64,000 nucleotides of DNA from Mobula hypostoma (GCF_963921235.1 NC_086108.1:69008001-69072000); one strand, 5' to 3'. Positions 11,284 through 24,619 are shown, counted from the stretch's first letter. The notes: generated from the letters alone by a model not told the origin. A program made the numbers and translations.

Positions 11284-14200
11284 AATGTACTAGCATATTC
11301 TTATACATGTCATTAAATCCTCTTAAAGTAAGGCAAGCACAGTATACCACCTACCTTCTCAACTGACCTGCAAGTCATCTTCAACATGTTTCCTAATCAC
11401 TCACAAATTAGAAAGATACTCAAAATTCCTTTTCTCAACCGATGAATTACTTCAGGTTCCATATTATACTCAATATGCTATATTATTGCCCATCCACTTA
11501 GCAATTTAACCACAGGAGAAGAAAGAAAGGGATGGGGGAAACACTAGAGAATACAACATTTGTGCGTAGTAGACTACTCAGGCAGAGTATCAAGTGCCGT
11601 TCTCTTAGCTTGTATTTGGCTGCACCATGCCTGTAGAGGAGGGCAGAGAAACTGGAATGGGAATAAGGGAACTTAAAATAGCTTGTAGCAGGGAGTTTAA
11701 CATGACCACTGTGGACCTAGCAAGGGTACTTGGCAAAAGCATTTCCAGTACTGGCACTTGGTCTTGCTGATGAAGAGGAGGACTCATAGGAGCACAGAAT
11801 GCAGCAGACGAAGTTAGAGAAGGACCATTTGGGTATATGCCTCACCCCTGGAAGGGCTATTTAAGTGGAGGCAAGGGAGGAGGTACACGGCAGGTGAGAT
11901 AGCAGGCATCGCTTCCAGTTGCAGGGGACAGCGCCTAGGGAAGAATGAGCCATGGAGAGTGGTCGCTGCTGAAAGCAGCAGCATAGGTGCCAGGGAAATC
12001 CAAAAGTTTGACTGATGAAGGTACATGCCTCTGAGTACAAAATTGGTGGCTGAAGGGATTGTGCACCTGGGTTGGCTTTAAGTTTCTGGATCACTGGAAG
12101 GTTTTTTTGGGAATGGGACCTGTATACACAGTGCAGGTGGCACTTTAACGAGAGTGGGACCAGCATCCTAGCTGGGAGATTTATTGTACAGTTGGGTTAG
12201 GTTTTTTAACCTTGTTAAGAGAGAAGGGGGCTTCAGTGGAGAGATAGTACTTTTCTTCCAGATGATTCTGAGACAAGTAGGCAGAACAAGCAAGTGAACT
12301 TCAAGAAATTTCAATGCCAAATTGCACACATTTAAATGCATGAGGTATAACCAGCAAAGTAGATGAACCCAAAGCTTTAAGTAACACAAGAGTCTACAAT
12401 ATTGTTCCCAGCACTGAGATAAAGAATAGAAGGACTGGGTATAACATATTCAGGCGAGACAGATGGTGTACGGGGAAGAGGCATTGTGTTGTTAGTCAAA
12501 GATTGCATTACTTCAGTATTGAGGGAGGATATCCTAGAAGGCTCCTCAAACAAGACCGCAATTAGAGATTAAAATCAAGAAGGGTCTCATCACCATTCTG
12601 GGGGCATATTACAGACCACCCAACAAGTCAACAAGAAGAGGAGGAACAAAAAGCTGCAATAAAAATAGGATTACTGTACTTGGGGGATTTCATTTTCCCA
12701 AATTTAACTAGGATTTCTTCAGTGCTAAAGGCTCAAGGTGCAGACTTTTTGAGGTGTGCCCCTAAGACCAAAGATGCAACGGGCATTACTATAGTTCATC
12801 TTGAGGAATAAAGCTGGTCAAGCAGAGAGAGTATCATTTTGGAGATAGAAGGCAAATCTCATTAACACAAGGGACAACTTGGGATTAGGAGCACATATTT
12901 GCAGATGAGACTACAACACATCTGCACAGTGGAAAACATTCATAGAAGAAATAGCAAGAGTTCAAGGTTAACATGTTCCAGTAAGGGTAAACACCAAGGA
13001 TAACAGGCTAAGGAACCCCGGATGCTCAGGAATATTGAGAGCTGGATAATAAAGGGAGAAAAGAGGTGATTTGACAAAAATAGAGAACTAATAATAGAGA
13101 AAGCCTGTTCTAAATAGAAAAGTGCATGGAGGCAATTAACAAAAAAAATTAGGAAGACCAAGTTGGGTCCAGAAAAAAATCAATAGCCAAATCCAAAGAT
13201 ATTTATTCTATTAGTATATTAAGGACTCTTAAAGAAAACAATGGCAATTATTTGTGGAACCAGTTGTAGGCGAGGTCTTAAATTAATATTTTTCAATTGG
13301 CATTCATAAAGAAAATTGACTTTGTAGTTGGTGACTTAAATGAAGTGTAGGTGAAAGTCCAGAGCCAGTCTCTGCAAATTAAGAGAAATACTCAACATCT
13401 TTGCAGGCTTAAAGATGGATAAATTCTCATAACCAATTGAGATTTACCCCTGACAACAGTAGGAGTCAAGAAAAGAAATTGCTGGGGCACTGGTTGAGAT
13501 TTTTCAATCTTTGCTGAATACATGCAAAGTACTAGATAAATAGAAAACAAATAGCATAGTCCCCTTTATTTAAAAAAAAGTGCAGAGGGAAAAGCACTGT
13601 AATTGTATACCTGCAAACCTAACAAGAGTAGGGAAGATTCTGAGGATGACAAATGCAAAGGCAGAAGCTAATCAGAGATATGCCTAACATGCAAATCCTG
13701 TCTGACCAATCTGAGTGAATATTGTGAAGAGGCAACAAATTTTATCAATATCTGTGTACTAAATGTGATGTACGTGGCTATCAGCCTTTGATAACATGCC
13801 ACACGTGGGACTGGTTCAAATGTTTAGGACCCAAGGATCCAGGGAAAATTACAAAATTGGAGACAGTGGGCAATAGAGACTACTGTGTTTGCGATTGGAT
13901 GTAGGTGGCATCAGTGCTGGAACCTTTGCTGTTTGTAATAGCTATGAATAACTTGAATGCAGATGTGGGATCACAAATGTGCAGATGACATGATGATTGG
14001 AGGAGTTTAGTGTAAGGATAGAGAGATAACAATGTGTCGTGAAATAGTCTGAAAAATGGCAAACAAAGTTTAGTCCAGATAAATGCAAGGTGATACGTTT
14101 TAGGAGCACTAACGAAGCTAGGACATACACTATGAATGGTAAAGTCTTAGAATGCATAGAGGAACAGTGGAGTACAAGTCCAGAGATACTTGAAAGTGGT

Positions 14201-14360
14201 AAAATAGATAGAGAACATGGTTGGGAAGGCACATGGAATGCTGGCCTCCTTTAGTCGGAGCACTGAATACACAATTAGGGAGGGTTTTGGTCAGACCTTG
14301 GCTGAACCACAATTGAGAGGAAAAATGTTACAGTGCTAGAGGGAGTGAAAAGGAGATTCA

Positions 14361-15028
14361 CAGACATCCCACCCTGCAAAAACTCATTTCAGGGAGGTAG
14401 CACCATCAATTTGCAGGAGACTCACGGAACTTCCAGGAGGGGTGTGATGTCTGCAATAGAGTAGCTCCTTAGCAGCTAGCCAGCTAGCTTAAATAACGTT
14501 AGCTATGCTAATGAATGAATGACATATGTTAAACTCACCCCAACGTGTCTTTTACAGTCATTTGGGCAATAGAAAAGTCACTGCTGCAAATAGCGCAGTG
14601 AGCAACACTGTCATTATTTTTTGACCCCTATTAGGCAGGGGTACACTTTAGTGTAGTCTGGGGTGACGTACGATTTATATTTTCTTTTTTTGGAATACTC
14701 TCCCATGGCACGTGCGCGCGCGCTCTCTCTCTCGTCTCTCACGCTCTTTCTCTCTCGTGGTCGCTCTCACGCTCGCTCTTGTGGTCTCTCTCGCGCTCTC
14801 TCTCTCGTGGTCGCTCTCACGCTCGCTCTTGTGGTCTCTCTCGCGCTCTCTCTCTCATGCGCTCTCTCTCTCTCGTGGTCGCTCTCGCACGCGCTCTCAC
14901 GCTCACTCTCTCTTGCTCACTCTCAAAAAAATTGATTTCCATGATATTGTATATAATTTGCAGGCATCAGGGAGCCACTATTAATATGCGGGAGACTCCC
15001 AGAACTTCCGGGAGAGGTGAGATGTCTG
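14361..15028. mobile_element. Non-autonomous DNA transposon (MITE) with 13-bp TIRs and a 6-bp TSD
   Basis: Termini CAGACATCCCACC ... GGTGAGATGTCTG (12/13 complementary), TSD GATTCA (14355-14360, 15029-15034). Excision restores the host CR1 sequence. Confidence 0.85.
14712..14925. repeat. CT/CG-rich microsatellite-derived tandem repeat (50-bp unit, 2 copies) inside the MITE
   Basis: tcgctctcacgctcgctcttgtggtctctctcgcgctctctctctc recurs at 14761 and 14811. Confidence 0.85.
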
Positions 15029-15351
15029 GATTCATCGGGATGTTGCCTGGGATGAAGCAATTCAGTTCGGTCTGTTCTTCCTACAGCAGAATAGGTTAAG
15101 AGAGCATATGAATGAGGTATACAAAATGATAAGGGGTACAGATGAAGTAGAGTGCAGGAAACTTTTCGGCCTATCAGAAGCATATAAAATTAAAGGACAT
15201 AGGTTATGGCAAGGAAGAAAAGATATAGACAGGATTTGAGGAAGTACTCCTGCACACAGGGGATGGCAAGTACCTGGAATGCAGTGCCTTAGAGTTGTTG
15301 AAGCTGGGTCACTGACATAATTTGAGATGAACACAGAAATCACTTAGAAGT

Positions 15352-16580
15352 CTATGGACTTTCTTAGTTTAATTTATCGAAACTATTTGTTTAAATCGTC
15401 ACTTTGTGATCCTACCTTTTCTCTTTGGAGGAATAAAGGAATTTATTCCTTTATGGACCTGTTTCAAGAAGGCCGATTGATGTCCTTTGAGAAATTAGTA
15501 ACTAAATACTCTCTTCCACACTCACACTTTTTGCAATATCTTCAGATCAGACATTTTTACAAGAATATTTAATTTTCCATATATACAAGATTCTGACCTG
15601 TTAGACATTATTTTAAAAATGAACCCTTTAGTGAAAGGTTTTATTGGGAAAATTTATAATTTACTATTACAACAGGATAATCATCCTCTACTTAAGATTA
15701 AGCAAGATTGGGAAAGAGAGTTTAACATGACCTTGATAACAGAGGATTGGTTGCGAATTTTGAAGTTGGTTAACTCTTCTCTGATTTGCACCAGTCATTC
15801 TCTAATTCAATTTAAAATTTTACATCGTTATTATTTGACAAAGGAGAGACTGTCTAAAATATTTCCTAATGTTAATAGTCTGATAGATGTAAAACTGAGA
15901 TAGCTACATTGACACATATGTTTTGGTCGTGTTCTGTATTGAAACAGTTTTGGAAATCTACTTTTTCTACAATTTCTAAAGCTTTAAAAATGAATTTACA
16001 ACCTAATAAATGGACAGTTTTGTTCGGTATAATTCCTCAATATATTGATGGTATTTCTGTATCAGACCAACACATAATTGCATTTATTACATTATTGGCT
16101 AGAAGGGCTATTTTATTAAAACGGAAAGATGCTTCTGCTCCCACTTTGATACAATGGATCTCTCAGGTGATACTATGTCTTAGTTTGGAAAAAAAATCAG
16201 AAGTCAAACTTTTGATCCTTGATTTGACTTTGAGAAAAGGTGGGGCTCTTTTGCCCACTACTACCATTTGATTTGAGTTAATTAAGATGGTCCCCTTCTG
16301 ATTCTTGGGTAAATGGATTTGGTTGGTGGATTGATGTCTTTTTTTATGGAAGCCTGTATGGCATATAGCTCCGGGTCCGTGCTCCAGATCTCCAAATAGG
16401 TTTTTTTTTTCCTCGTTTTTTTTTTGTTAGCAGGTTTTTTTTGTTTTAGTTAGCAGGGGTTCTTTTTTCCTTCTTTCTTTTTTCCAAAAAAAAAAAGTTT
16501 TAACATTTTTATTATTATTATTGATATACTGTTTAGCTTGGTTAATAGTTTGACTCTTATTATACATATTGATACACTGA
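15352..16580 (+). mobile_element. L1-clade LINE 3' fragment, decayed
   Basis: SLIQFKILHRYYLT and THMFWSC motifs homologous to the 9744-10681 element, with a T-rich 3' UTR. Confidence 0.8.
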
Positions 16581-16799
16581 CTTGAAAGAAGTCTATGGAG
16601 CAAGTAGCAAGCAATGGAATAAACACAGAAAGGTCTCAAAGGTTGGAAAGGACAAGCTGCATGGTTCTATAAAACATCAGTAATCATGCATCCACAGCTA
16701 CAGCCATAACTGTCAACAGTAGGAGTAGCAATCCCGTCTGTTCTTATTTAGTTTCCAGGGACTTTCAAGAACATCTTTCATGAGAGGCTACTGAATGAA

Positions 16800-17480
16800 T
16801 TTCAGGTTTGAACAGGAAAGCTGAGTGCAAGGTTAATGGCAGGATTCTTAGCAGTGTAGAGAAACAAAGTGTCCAAGTCCACAGATCTCTCAAAGCTGAT
16901 ATGTAAATTGATAAGGTGTTTAAGGCAACCTGTGGTGTGCTGGCCTTCAATAATTGGGAGAGCAAGTTCAAGAGTCATGAGGTTAAATGCAACTCTGTAA
17001 GAGACCACACTTGCAGTATTGTGTTAAATTCTGGTCGCCTTATTAGAGGAAACATTTAGAAGCTTCAGAGAAATCACAGAGGAGATTTACCAGGATGCTG
17101 CCTGGATTAGAGACCATGTCTTATGAGGAAAAGTTGAGCAAGAAGGCTTTTCTCTTCGAAGCGGAGGATGAAAGCTGACTTGACAAAGGTGTATAAAATT
17201 ATGAGAGGCATAGAGTGTACAGCCAGTGCCTTTTTCCCCAAGGCAGCAATGGGCAATACTTGAGGACATTCCCTTAAGGTGACTGGAGGAAAGTTCAGGG
17301 GAGATGTCAAAGGTTTTTTTTAAAAGAATAGAGTGATTAGCGCTTGGAATACACTGGCAGGGGTGCTGGTAGAGCCGATACAATAGGGAAATTTAAGACA
17401 TTCTTAGATAGGCACATAGATTTAAGAAAAAAGGATTATGGATTGTATAGGACGGTTGATAGGTTAGGTTGATAAAGGGA
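16800..17480 (+). mobile_element. Decayed CR1 3' fragment
   Basis: RPHLQYCVKFWSP and RRFTRMLPGL motifs. Confidence 0.7.
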
Positions 17481-17559
17481 CTTACAATTAAAAAGAAAAT
17501 CATGAAAAATGGCATGTACTGAAATTAATTGAAAGATCTACTTCAATCCCAAAGTTTAT

Positions 17560-18211
17560 AGTCAAAGACCGGCAAGAGGGTCTAGGCACCCATGATCAGG
17601 TAGGAGTTGGATATGTAAGCAAACATGTAAAACAGGTAACATTTGTGTGTGTTAACTAGGGGCCATGCACAATCCTGATTTGATGGAGACAGCCGTGAGA
17701 AGCACGGAGGAACCCCTGGAGAAACTTCTGAAATGCCCACTTCGCTACCGCTGTGCAATCGAGAATCTCCAGAGGGGAAGGCCCCAAATCCTCAGCTTTG
17801 ACTACTGCCGGGGCCGAGGTCAAAGTGCTTGGCAGAGATAGTGCTCAGTGCTGGAGAGCTGGTCAGAGGCTCGGAGTTTTCGTACGAACTCAGAGTCGGA
17901 CTGTGGTCGGGTGCTTCCAGGATGCTACATCAGCAAATTTGCGGCGCTGGTGGTTCACCGTCTGCGTGAGATGATGGGACTTTCGAGAGACTTTGAGACT
18001 TTTTACCGTGCCCATGGTCTGTTCTTTATCAAATTACGGTATTGCTTTGCACTGTTGTAACTATATGTTATAATTATGTGGTTTTTATCAGTTTTTCAGT
18101 CAGTTTGTCTTGTGTTTCTCTGATATCATTCTGGAGAAACATTGTATCATTTCTTAATGCATGCATTACTAAATGACAATAAAAGAGGACTGCGTGTCCT
18201 CATAATCTAAT
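17560..18211 (+). mobile_element. Unclassified non-coding retroposon-like repeat
   Basis: GC/CpG-richer body ending in AATAAAA...ctcataatctaat, a LINE/SINE-type 3' end. The left boundary and TSD are not resolved. Confidence 0.45.
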
Positions 18212-18413
18212 TTGCGGATATTAAAAGCTGGAAATACAATTACTTCTATCTGCATGTGAAACCATCCCTTTGGTGAAAAAGCAGAAAAGCATTTTGTGAC
18301 GAAACAAACTTTATGTTGGTTTTCACAGCAAACAATTTGAGTAAAAGAGTAAAAGATATCTTGTTGCAGTAATAATGGGCCATGGTTGAGATCACACATA
18401 GAATATCATCTCA

Positions 18414-18690
18414 CAGACAAGAGAAAATCTGCAGATGCTGGAAATCTAAGCAACACACACAAAACGCTGGAGGAACTCAGCATGCTAGGCAACATATATG
18501 GAAAAGAGTACAGTTAACTTTTCAGGTCGAGAGCCTTCAGCAGGACTGGAGGTGGTGGGTGGTGGGGAGGGGAAGGAGGAGAGGAAGAAACCTCCCCTCC
18601 CCCCACCTCCTAACTCTGATCCTCGCCTTTTTTCTCCCATCCTGGTGAAGGGTCTCGGTCTGAAACGTCGGTTGTACTCTTTTCCATAGA
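18414..18690. mobile_element. Penelope-derived fold-back element, degenerate
   Basis: gagaaaatctgcagatgctgg...ggaggaactcagc head and opposed arms with degenerate hammerhead-like cores. A related piece lies at about 18830-18930. Confidence 0.7.
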
Positions 18691-19089
18691 ATATCATATA
18701 TTGGTTTGGTCAACCTACCCAAGGAAAGACATACTTGAAAGAGGAAGTACAGCTAAAAGTTCACTGGAATGATACCAATGAGAGTGGGGAAGAAACCACC
18801 AAATAATCAAAACTACTTATAAAATGTCAGTCCTGGCCTGCCAAAGGGTTTTGGCCCCAAACGTCGACTGTTCTTTTTTCCATAGATGCTGCCTGCCCTG
18901 CTGAATTCTTCCAGCATTTTCCGTGTGTTACTATAAAATGTCAGTTTCAGCAATGTTTGAACAATTGAGTGATACAGCTGACAGTGCAATACATTATCAA
19001 AAGATTCAAAATGCATGTACGTAACTAAAAGATTTTCAGAAAAACCTTTATCAAAATAAAATACTCTTCCATTAAATTTTACAACTTAC

Positions 19090-19158
19090 CACTAAATCCC
19101 AATTATTTTGCTCAAGCAATGTAATAGCTTCATCAATATTTTCAATTCCAGTGCATGC
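19090..19158 (-). CDS. FAF1: FAS-associated factor 1, coding exon 2 (UBA-like domain)
   Basis: Minus strand ttgtctttgcAG|GCATGC...GATTTAGTG|GTAAGT gives 69 nt = ACTGIENIDEAITLLEQNNWDLV. It continues exon 1 in frame across a 9988-nt intron with canonical splice sites. Confidence 0.96.
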
Positions 19159-19559
19159 CTGCAAAGACAAAAGTTTTACAAGAAAGCTGTTCAAATGTTT
19201 ACACCAAGCAAATATTAACTTTGCAATGCACAACTTATACCAAGATATATTATTCAAGAAAATGCTTCAATTTAACAAAGTACAAAACAAAGTACAAAGG
19301 GCTATTACACTAGGAAACTAAGTAACGCTATAAAACAATCATATTTGACAGCCTATGCAAACTTCTCGCAAAAGACCATAATAAATAGTCATCCCATTCA
19401 GAATGGATTTTGATCATTCAAAGAGCCCCATTCAAAAATCTCCAATTTGTTTTCCACCATAGTTGAGATAATAACAATCCTTCAGAGTCAAAGGATTTTG
19501 GATTCAAGTCCACCAAAGACATTTAATCCAAAACTTACTTCAATGTAACCCTGCACATA

Positions 19560-20817
19560 CAGTGAATTCCAGGTAATTGAGACACATCAGATTCAGTACA
19601 TTTTTTGCCCAATTAAGTAGCTGCCCCAATTAGGCGGTTTCATGGGACTAGTTCAAAAGATATAAAAAGAACACAAACTACCCTTTAACTGAGAAACAAA
19701 TTATGTATTTAAATGAAACACAGAACAAACTAGAACACTGTCAATACTACTACAGTACTATAAAACTGCAATAGGTCCTAATAGCTGGCTTGGTGGCTGT
19801 CCATCATATCCAATGATGGCAGGAAACCTGTGCAGCAATTTTTTAAAGTGGAAACATCATTGCACTGGGGCTATTCCACTCTCTCGATCTCAGAGGTCCA
19901 GGTCCAGCGATACGAACGCCGTCATACTGGGATTTTCCTTGGTTGTAGTGAGTGACCATGCTTCTTCCGTGCCTCGTCATGCCCTTGCTCTCCACAGAGC
20001 AATGCAGAACCATCTTCCTGGTCAATGAATATCACTATAGATTTTATCTGCCCAGTCCACTGGAGCTGACTTTGTATGCTAGGACAGATAGGCGTGCCCC
20101 TATCTAACCAAAGCATAAGGCCAGCTGGCTCCTCTCAGCTGGTTTATTAGCCCACCTGTTGAAGCAATGTACCAGGATCTGCCTGCTATCGCAGGCAAAC
20201 AGCTGTTTGCAGCCACGGGTGAGAGCTGAGTGTATGCTGCCATGTTCTTTTTATTGACTATAAATGAACAAAATCACACAGATAAGGGTAGATATGGGAC
20301 TGCCTTCATTCAACTTTTGATATTGCAACCTTCAAATCTTCATTTTAATTGTAATATTCAAGATGATTGTTAATATCTTAAATTTCTGCATAGTTCCTAA
20401 CTTGTTGAAGTAATGAAATTGCTTCATTCCCGGCCATTTCTGGCATCTCCAAGCCTGAATGCTTGAAGCTACAGTAAGCAAAACAGTTATGAATTGTCTT
20501 ACTGTTCATTTCTCACCAACTATCAGTGACAAAAATTGCTGCTCTTTTTTTTAAAACAAAAGCACATGCAACTGATAGTATTTAAAGACTATTGGCTCTA
20601 ATCATATAATAGTGCGTAATAACCATACAAGGGCATGCACTGACGCTAGTTAGAAACTGCTCGGTAAACAGTCTCCCGTCCCAATTAAGCGGAATGGTGT
20701 CCCAAATAAATGAAAGGAGTCCTGGCTAGATTCTCAATTAGTCTTTGTTCTTGTAGAATTGTGCCAGATAAGTGGCTGCCCCAATTAATCAATGGCCCAG
20801 CTAACTGGAATCCATTG
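19560..20817. mobile_element. Tigger/pogo-like non-autonomous DNA transposon with an internal retroposon insertion (about 19786-20232)
   Basis: TA|CAGTGAATTCCAGGTAATTG ... CAGCTAACTGGAATCCATTG imperfect TIRs with CCCAATTAA subterminal repeats. An inverted related fragment lies at about 20930-21437. Confidence 0.6.
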
Positions 20818-21664
20818 AGGTAAGACTGCTGATGTCAATACAACTTGTGGTTTATGGGAAACAGACAGAGTGGAGCTGAAGCTAATGCCTGGTCAACCAT
20901 GTTCTTAGTGAATGACAGAGCAAACGAGAGCTGTTTTAATAAAGAGCAGTTAAAGGATGGCTTGTGATTTATTCATATCTTCAACCATCTCAGTTTTCAG
21001 TTTGGAGATACCTGAAACAGATGGGAGTGAAAATTAAACAATTTCACTACTTTAACAAGTTAAGGACTACAAAGAATTTGAAGGTATCGACAATCACCTT
21101 GAATGGTACAACGATACTGAAGATTTGAAGGATGCAACTGTTAAAAGCATTGTATGAAGGCAATTCATTAGGCACCAGGTATCTGTGCTAAAGAACACGT
21201 CAGCATACATTGGTTGAATTCCTCTGTTGTTAACTGTGAGGAACTAATACAGTTTTATAGTATTGCAGTAGTATTGGCATTGTTCTAATTTGTTCTGCAT
21301 TTTATTTAAGTACATAATTTGCTAAGTTTGACTTTTTTTAAAATACCTTATTAACCATTTCCATGAAACTTTAGCTAATTGGGATAGTTGTTTAATTGGG
21401 CTAAAATGTACTGATCCCAGTGTATCCCAATTAGACAGATATTAAATGATTACACTAGAGTTTTGAGGTAGAATTTCAATGATTCATGCAGTTAAGAGAG
21501 AATAAATCATTATCTCCATCCCAATTTGGCAACATCTTCCTCCAACAGTTTCCCCTGGTTCTAGCGTTCCTCCTTAAAGGAAAATATCTTCTCAGCATAT
21601 ACCTTGTATCCTCTCAGCACCTTGTGCATCGCTTCAGTGACATTCTTCCAAACGCCAATGGGGA

Positions 21665-22586
21665 CAGATTCAGAATCAGAATCAGGTTTAGTATCACTGG
21701 AGGGGGAAAAAAGCTGTTCCTGCAATGTTGAGTGTGTATACCTCCTCCCTGATGGTGGCAAGCAGAGGGAATGTCCTGGGTGATGGAGGTTCTTAATGGT
21801 GGATGCTGCCTTTTTGAGGCATAGTCTTTTGAAGATTTCCTCAGTGCTGGGGAGACTAGTGCCCATGATGGACGTGGCTGAGTCTGCAACCTTCATCCTG
21901 TGCAGTGGCCCCTCCATATCAGATAGTGATGTAACCAGTTGGAATGCTCTCCATTGAACATCTAAAGAAATTTGCCAGAATCTTTGGTAACATACCAAAT
22001 CACCTCCAACACTAATGAAATGTAGCTGCTGGAGGGTCTTCTCTGTAAATGCATCAATATGTTGGGCCCAGGATAGATCCTCAGAGATGCTGACACCCAG
22101 GAACTTGAAACAGCTCAGCCTTTCTATTGCTGATACCTCAATGATGACTGGTGTGTGCTCCCTTGATTTCCTCTTACTGAAGCCCACAATCAATTCCTTG
22201 ATTTTACTGACATTGAGTGCAAGGTTGTTGTTATTATTGTGACACCACTTAAACAGCTGATCTATCTCACTCCTACAGGCCTCCTTGCCACCATCTGAGA
22301 TTCTGCCAACAACAGTTGTGTCATTGGCAAATTTAAAGATAGCACTTGAGCTGTGCCTAGACACACAGTCATGGATGCAGAGGAAGTAGAAGAGTGAGCC
22401 AAGCATGCATCCTAGAGATGCATGGGAGTCGACTGTCAGCAAAAAGGAGATGTTATTTCTGATCCACACTGACTGTGGTCTCCTGATGAGGAAGTCAAGG
22501 ATCCAGTTGCAGAAGGAGGTACAGAGACCCAGATTTTGAAGCTTGTTGATTGGTATTGAGGGTATGATGGTGTTGAATGCTGACAC
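21665..22586 (-). mobile_element. Rex1/Babar-type LINE, 5'-truncated
   Basis: ORF 21561-22586 has SAFNTIIP, CNWILDFL, KFANDTTVVG and FKFLGV. The (CTGATT)n tail lies at about 21665-21685. Confidence 0.85.
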
Positions 22587-23788
22587 CAGCAGAGTGCCAC
22601 AGATCTAGCCCTCAGCAAACTCAATCTTTCCTCACTCGCCAACCCTTTCTTCCCAGGGAAAAAAAAAGCGAATCTTCTCTGAAACACCTCTGATACGAAT
22701 ATATTCCTTCCAAGATAGCCAAAATTTCATCTTATCCTCTTCCATATGCAAAAAACGGCTAATATCCTTTTTAATTTCTAGCAGCAATTGAATGCTAAAT
22801 TCACATAGGACACCCCAATCCCTCTGCACAGTAGCATTCTTAAGTTTAAACATAACTTCACTTTTCCAGCCTTCTTTCCAAAATGGATAACCTATCTTCC
22901 CAGATTATACTGCATCTGCCATTACTTGTCCACTCCTTCCTTATTTTTATCCCTTTGTAGACTTCTTGCCTCTTCTCAAAACTTATCCAATATCAATGCA
23001 CCATCGGTAAATTTCACTAAAACATGCTCAAATCTTCATCAACACATATTTTAAAGTTATCAGATTTTTACTGAATACATTAAATGCTCATATTATCAAT
23101 TACCAAAATAAAAGTAATGTTTTAAGTTCACTGAGACCAGTTGACTTTACATGTTTTTTTTATATAAACAACTTCAAACCTTCAAGAATCACTTAGGAAT
23201 ATATTTCTATGTTAACAATATGCAGGTAAATAAAATTGGTGGCTGCTAAATTTATCACTTCATTCTCCATTCATGTTGTGGTTCATATACATTTGTCCTT
23301 CTTTGAGAATGAAAAACAATCAAAACTTACTTGGATAAGTCATAACCCACATCTCTATCTGAACCAAAATCAATTAATACCGAACTAAATCTAACTCAAA
23401 GTGAAAACAGATTCTGTAATTTTTTTTTCAGAAATATGCCTAACCATATTTTTGCATATTTAATAGTATAACCACAATATGGCCCATCTGTGCTCATTCC
23501 TCCAAAAATATCCACTAATTTGTCTGACCTATATCTATCACCCCAAACTGAAGTACTCCAGTCCTGCTTGTACCCTGTCCCACATCAAGATCTACTCATT
23601 CTTCATTGTATCCTTCCTGGCCTACACAATTGAAATAGATTGCTGCTTCTTTATTCCATTTTTATTATTGGCCAAAAATGAAACTTCAGTGTGAAAATTA
23701 CAACTCTATCAATTTTTCTATCACACTTTCTTTCAATACCCTGACCCTTACTTTCCTTGCAACCTTACCAAACTTAATTTTCAATCTA

Positions 23789-23904
23789 CACACATCAAAG
23801 TTGCTGGTGAACGCAGCAGGCCAGGCAGCATCTGTAGGAAGAGGTGCAGTCGACGTTTCAGGCCGAGACCCTTCGTCAGGACTAACTGAGTGTTGTTGTT
23901 TGTG
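23789..23904 (-). mobile_element. 116-bp Penelope pLTR-derived insertion carrying a minimal hammerhead motif
   Basis: 15-bp TSD TTAATTTTCAATCTA (23774-23788, 23905-23919). The sequence is near-identical to the arms at 33747 and 52328. Confidence 0.85.
23847..23884 (-). ncRNA. Putative minimal type-I hammerhead ribozyme
   Basis: Minus strand UAGUC-CUGACGA-AGGGUCUCGGCCU-GAAAC-GUC-GACUG: intact core, stem I UAGUC/GACUG, a stem II hairpin, and a loopless palindromic ACGU stem III as described for Penelope-like elements. Confidence 0.7.
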
Positions 23905-23929
23905 TTAATTTTCAATCTAATCTTTTCCT

Positions 23930-24525
23930 TTCATTCCCTCTCTGCTTTCTGTAAGGATTGCTCTCTATATGACTCCCTTGTCCATCTGTCCCTTCCCACT
24001 GATCTCCCTCCTGGCACTTATCCCTGCAAGTGTGTCATTTTACATTCCTCCTTCATCACTGTTCAGGGACCCAAATAATACTTCAAGGTGAGGTCATACT
24101 TCATATACGAGTCTATCAGGGGTCATCTATTGCATCCAGTATGGCCTCATCTATATCGCTGATACCCAATGAAGACTGGAGGACCGCTTAATTGAGCACC
24201 TAAGCTCTGTTTGACACAAAAGGTAGGATCTCCCAGTGGCCACCCATTTCAATTTGACTTCCCATTCCGACATGTCGTCATCACCTCACTCTGGTTCCCC
24301 ACTTGCTTCCCTCTCTTCCATGACCCACTGTCCTCTCCTACTAGATTCCTACTTCTTTGTATTTCTTCCATCTATCCCCTCCCAGCTCATTTCATTCCCC
24401 TCACCTCAATATTCTTGCTTCTGCCCCCTTCATTTTCAATCCTGAAGGGTCTCAGCCAAAATGCAGACTGTTTAGTGCCCTCCATGAATATTACCTGACT
24501 CGGAGTTCCGCCAGCATTGTGTTGC
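23930..24525 (+). mobile_element. Decayed Penelope-like element (GIY-YIG remnant and 3' region)
   Basis: GVIYCI...EHL...PVATHFN remnants homologous to 38508-38834. Confidence 0.7.
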
Positions 24526-24619
24526 CTATTACGTCAGATTGTTGTTACTCAGCACAAATGAGAACTGAAGTATTTTAATTTGCAAAACTCTAGAATTCTC
24601 TGGTCATTACATTTACAAG

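Larger units (their letters stand above)
11950..15350 (+). mobile_element. Old, highly decayed CR1 LINE
   Basis: Scattered CR1 motifs: LGAYYRPP (about 12600), SCLTNL-like (about 13700), and RRFIGMLPG joined across the MITE. Confidence 0.65.

Noticed and set aside
14663..15099. Leu/Ser/Arg-rich ORFs in three frames
   Set aside because: They are translations of the CT-rich repeat inside the MITE.
1..19089. FAF1 exon 3 (expected to resemble AAINGVIPQENGILQ)
   Set aside because: Not found by eye on the minus strand; probably left of the window.
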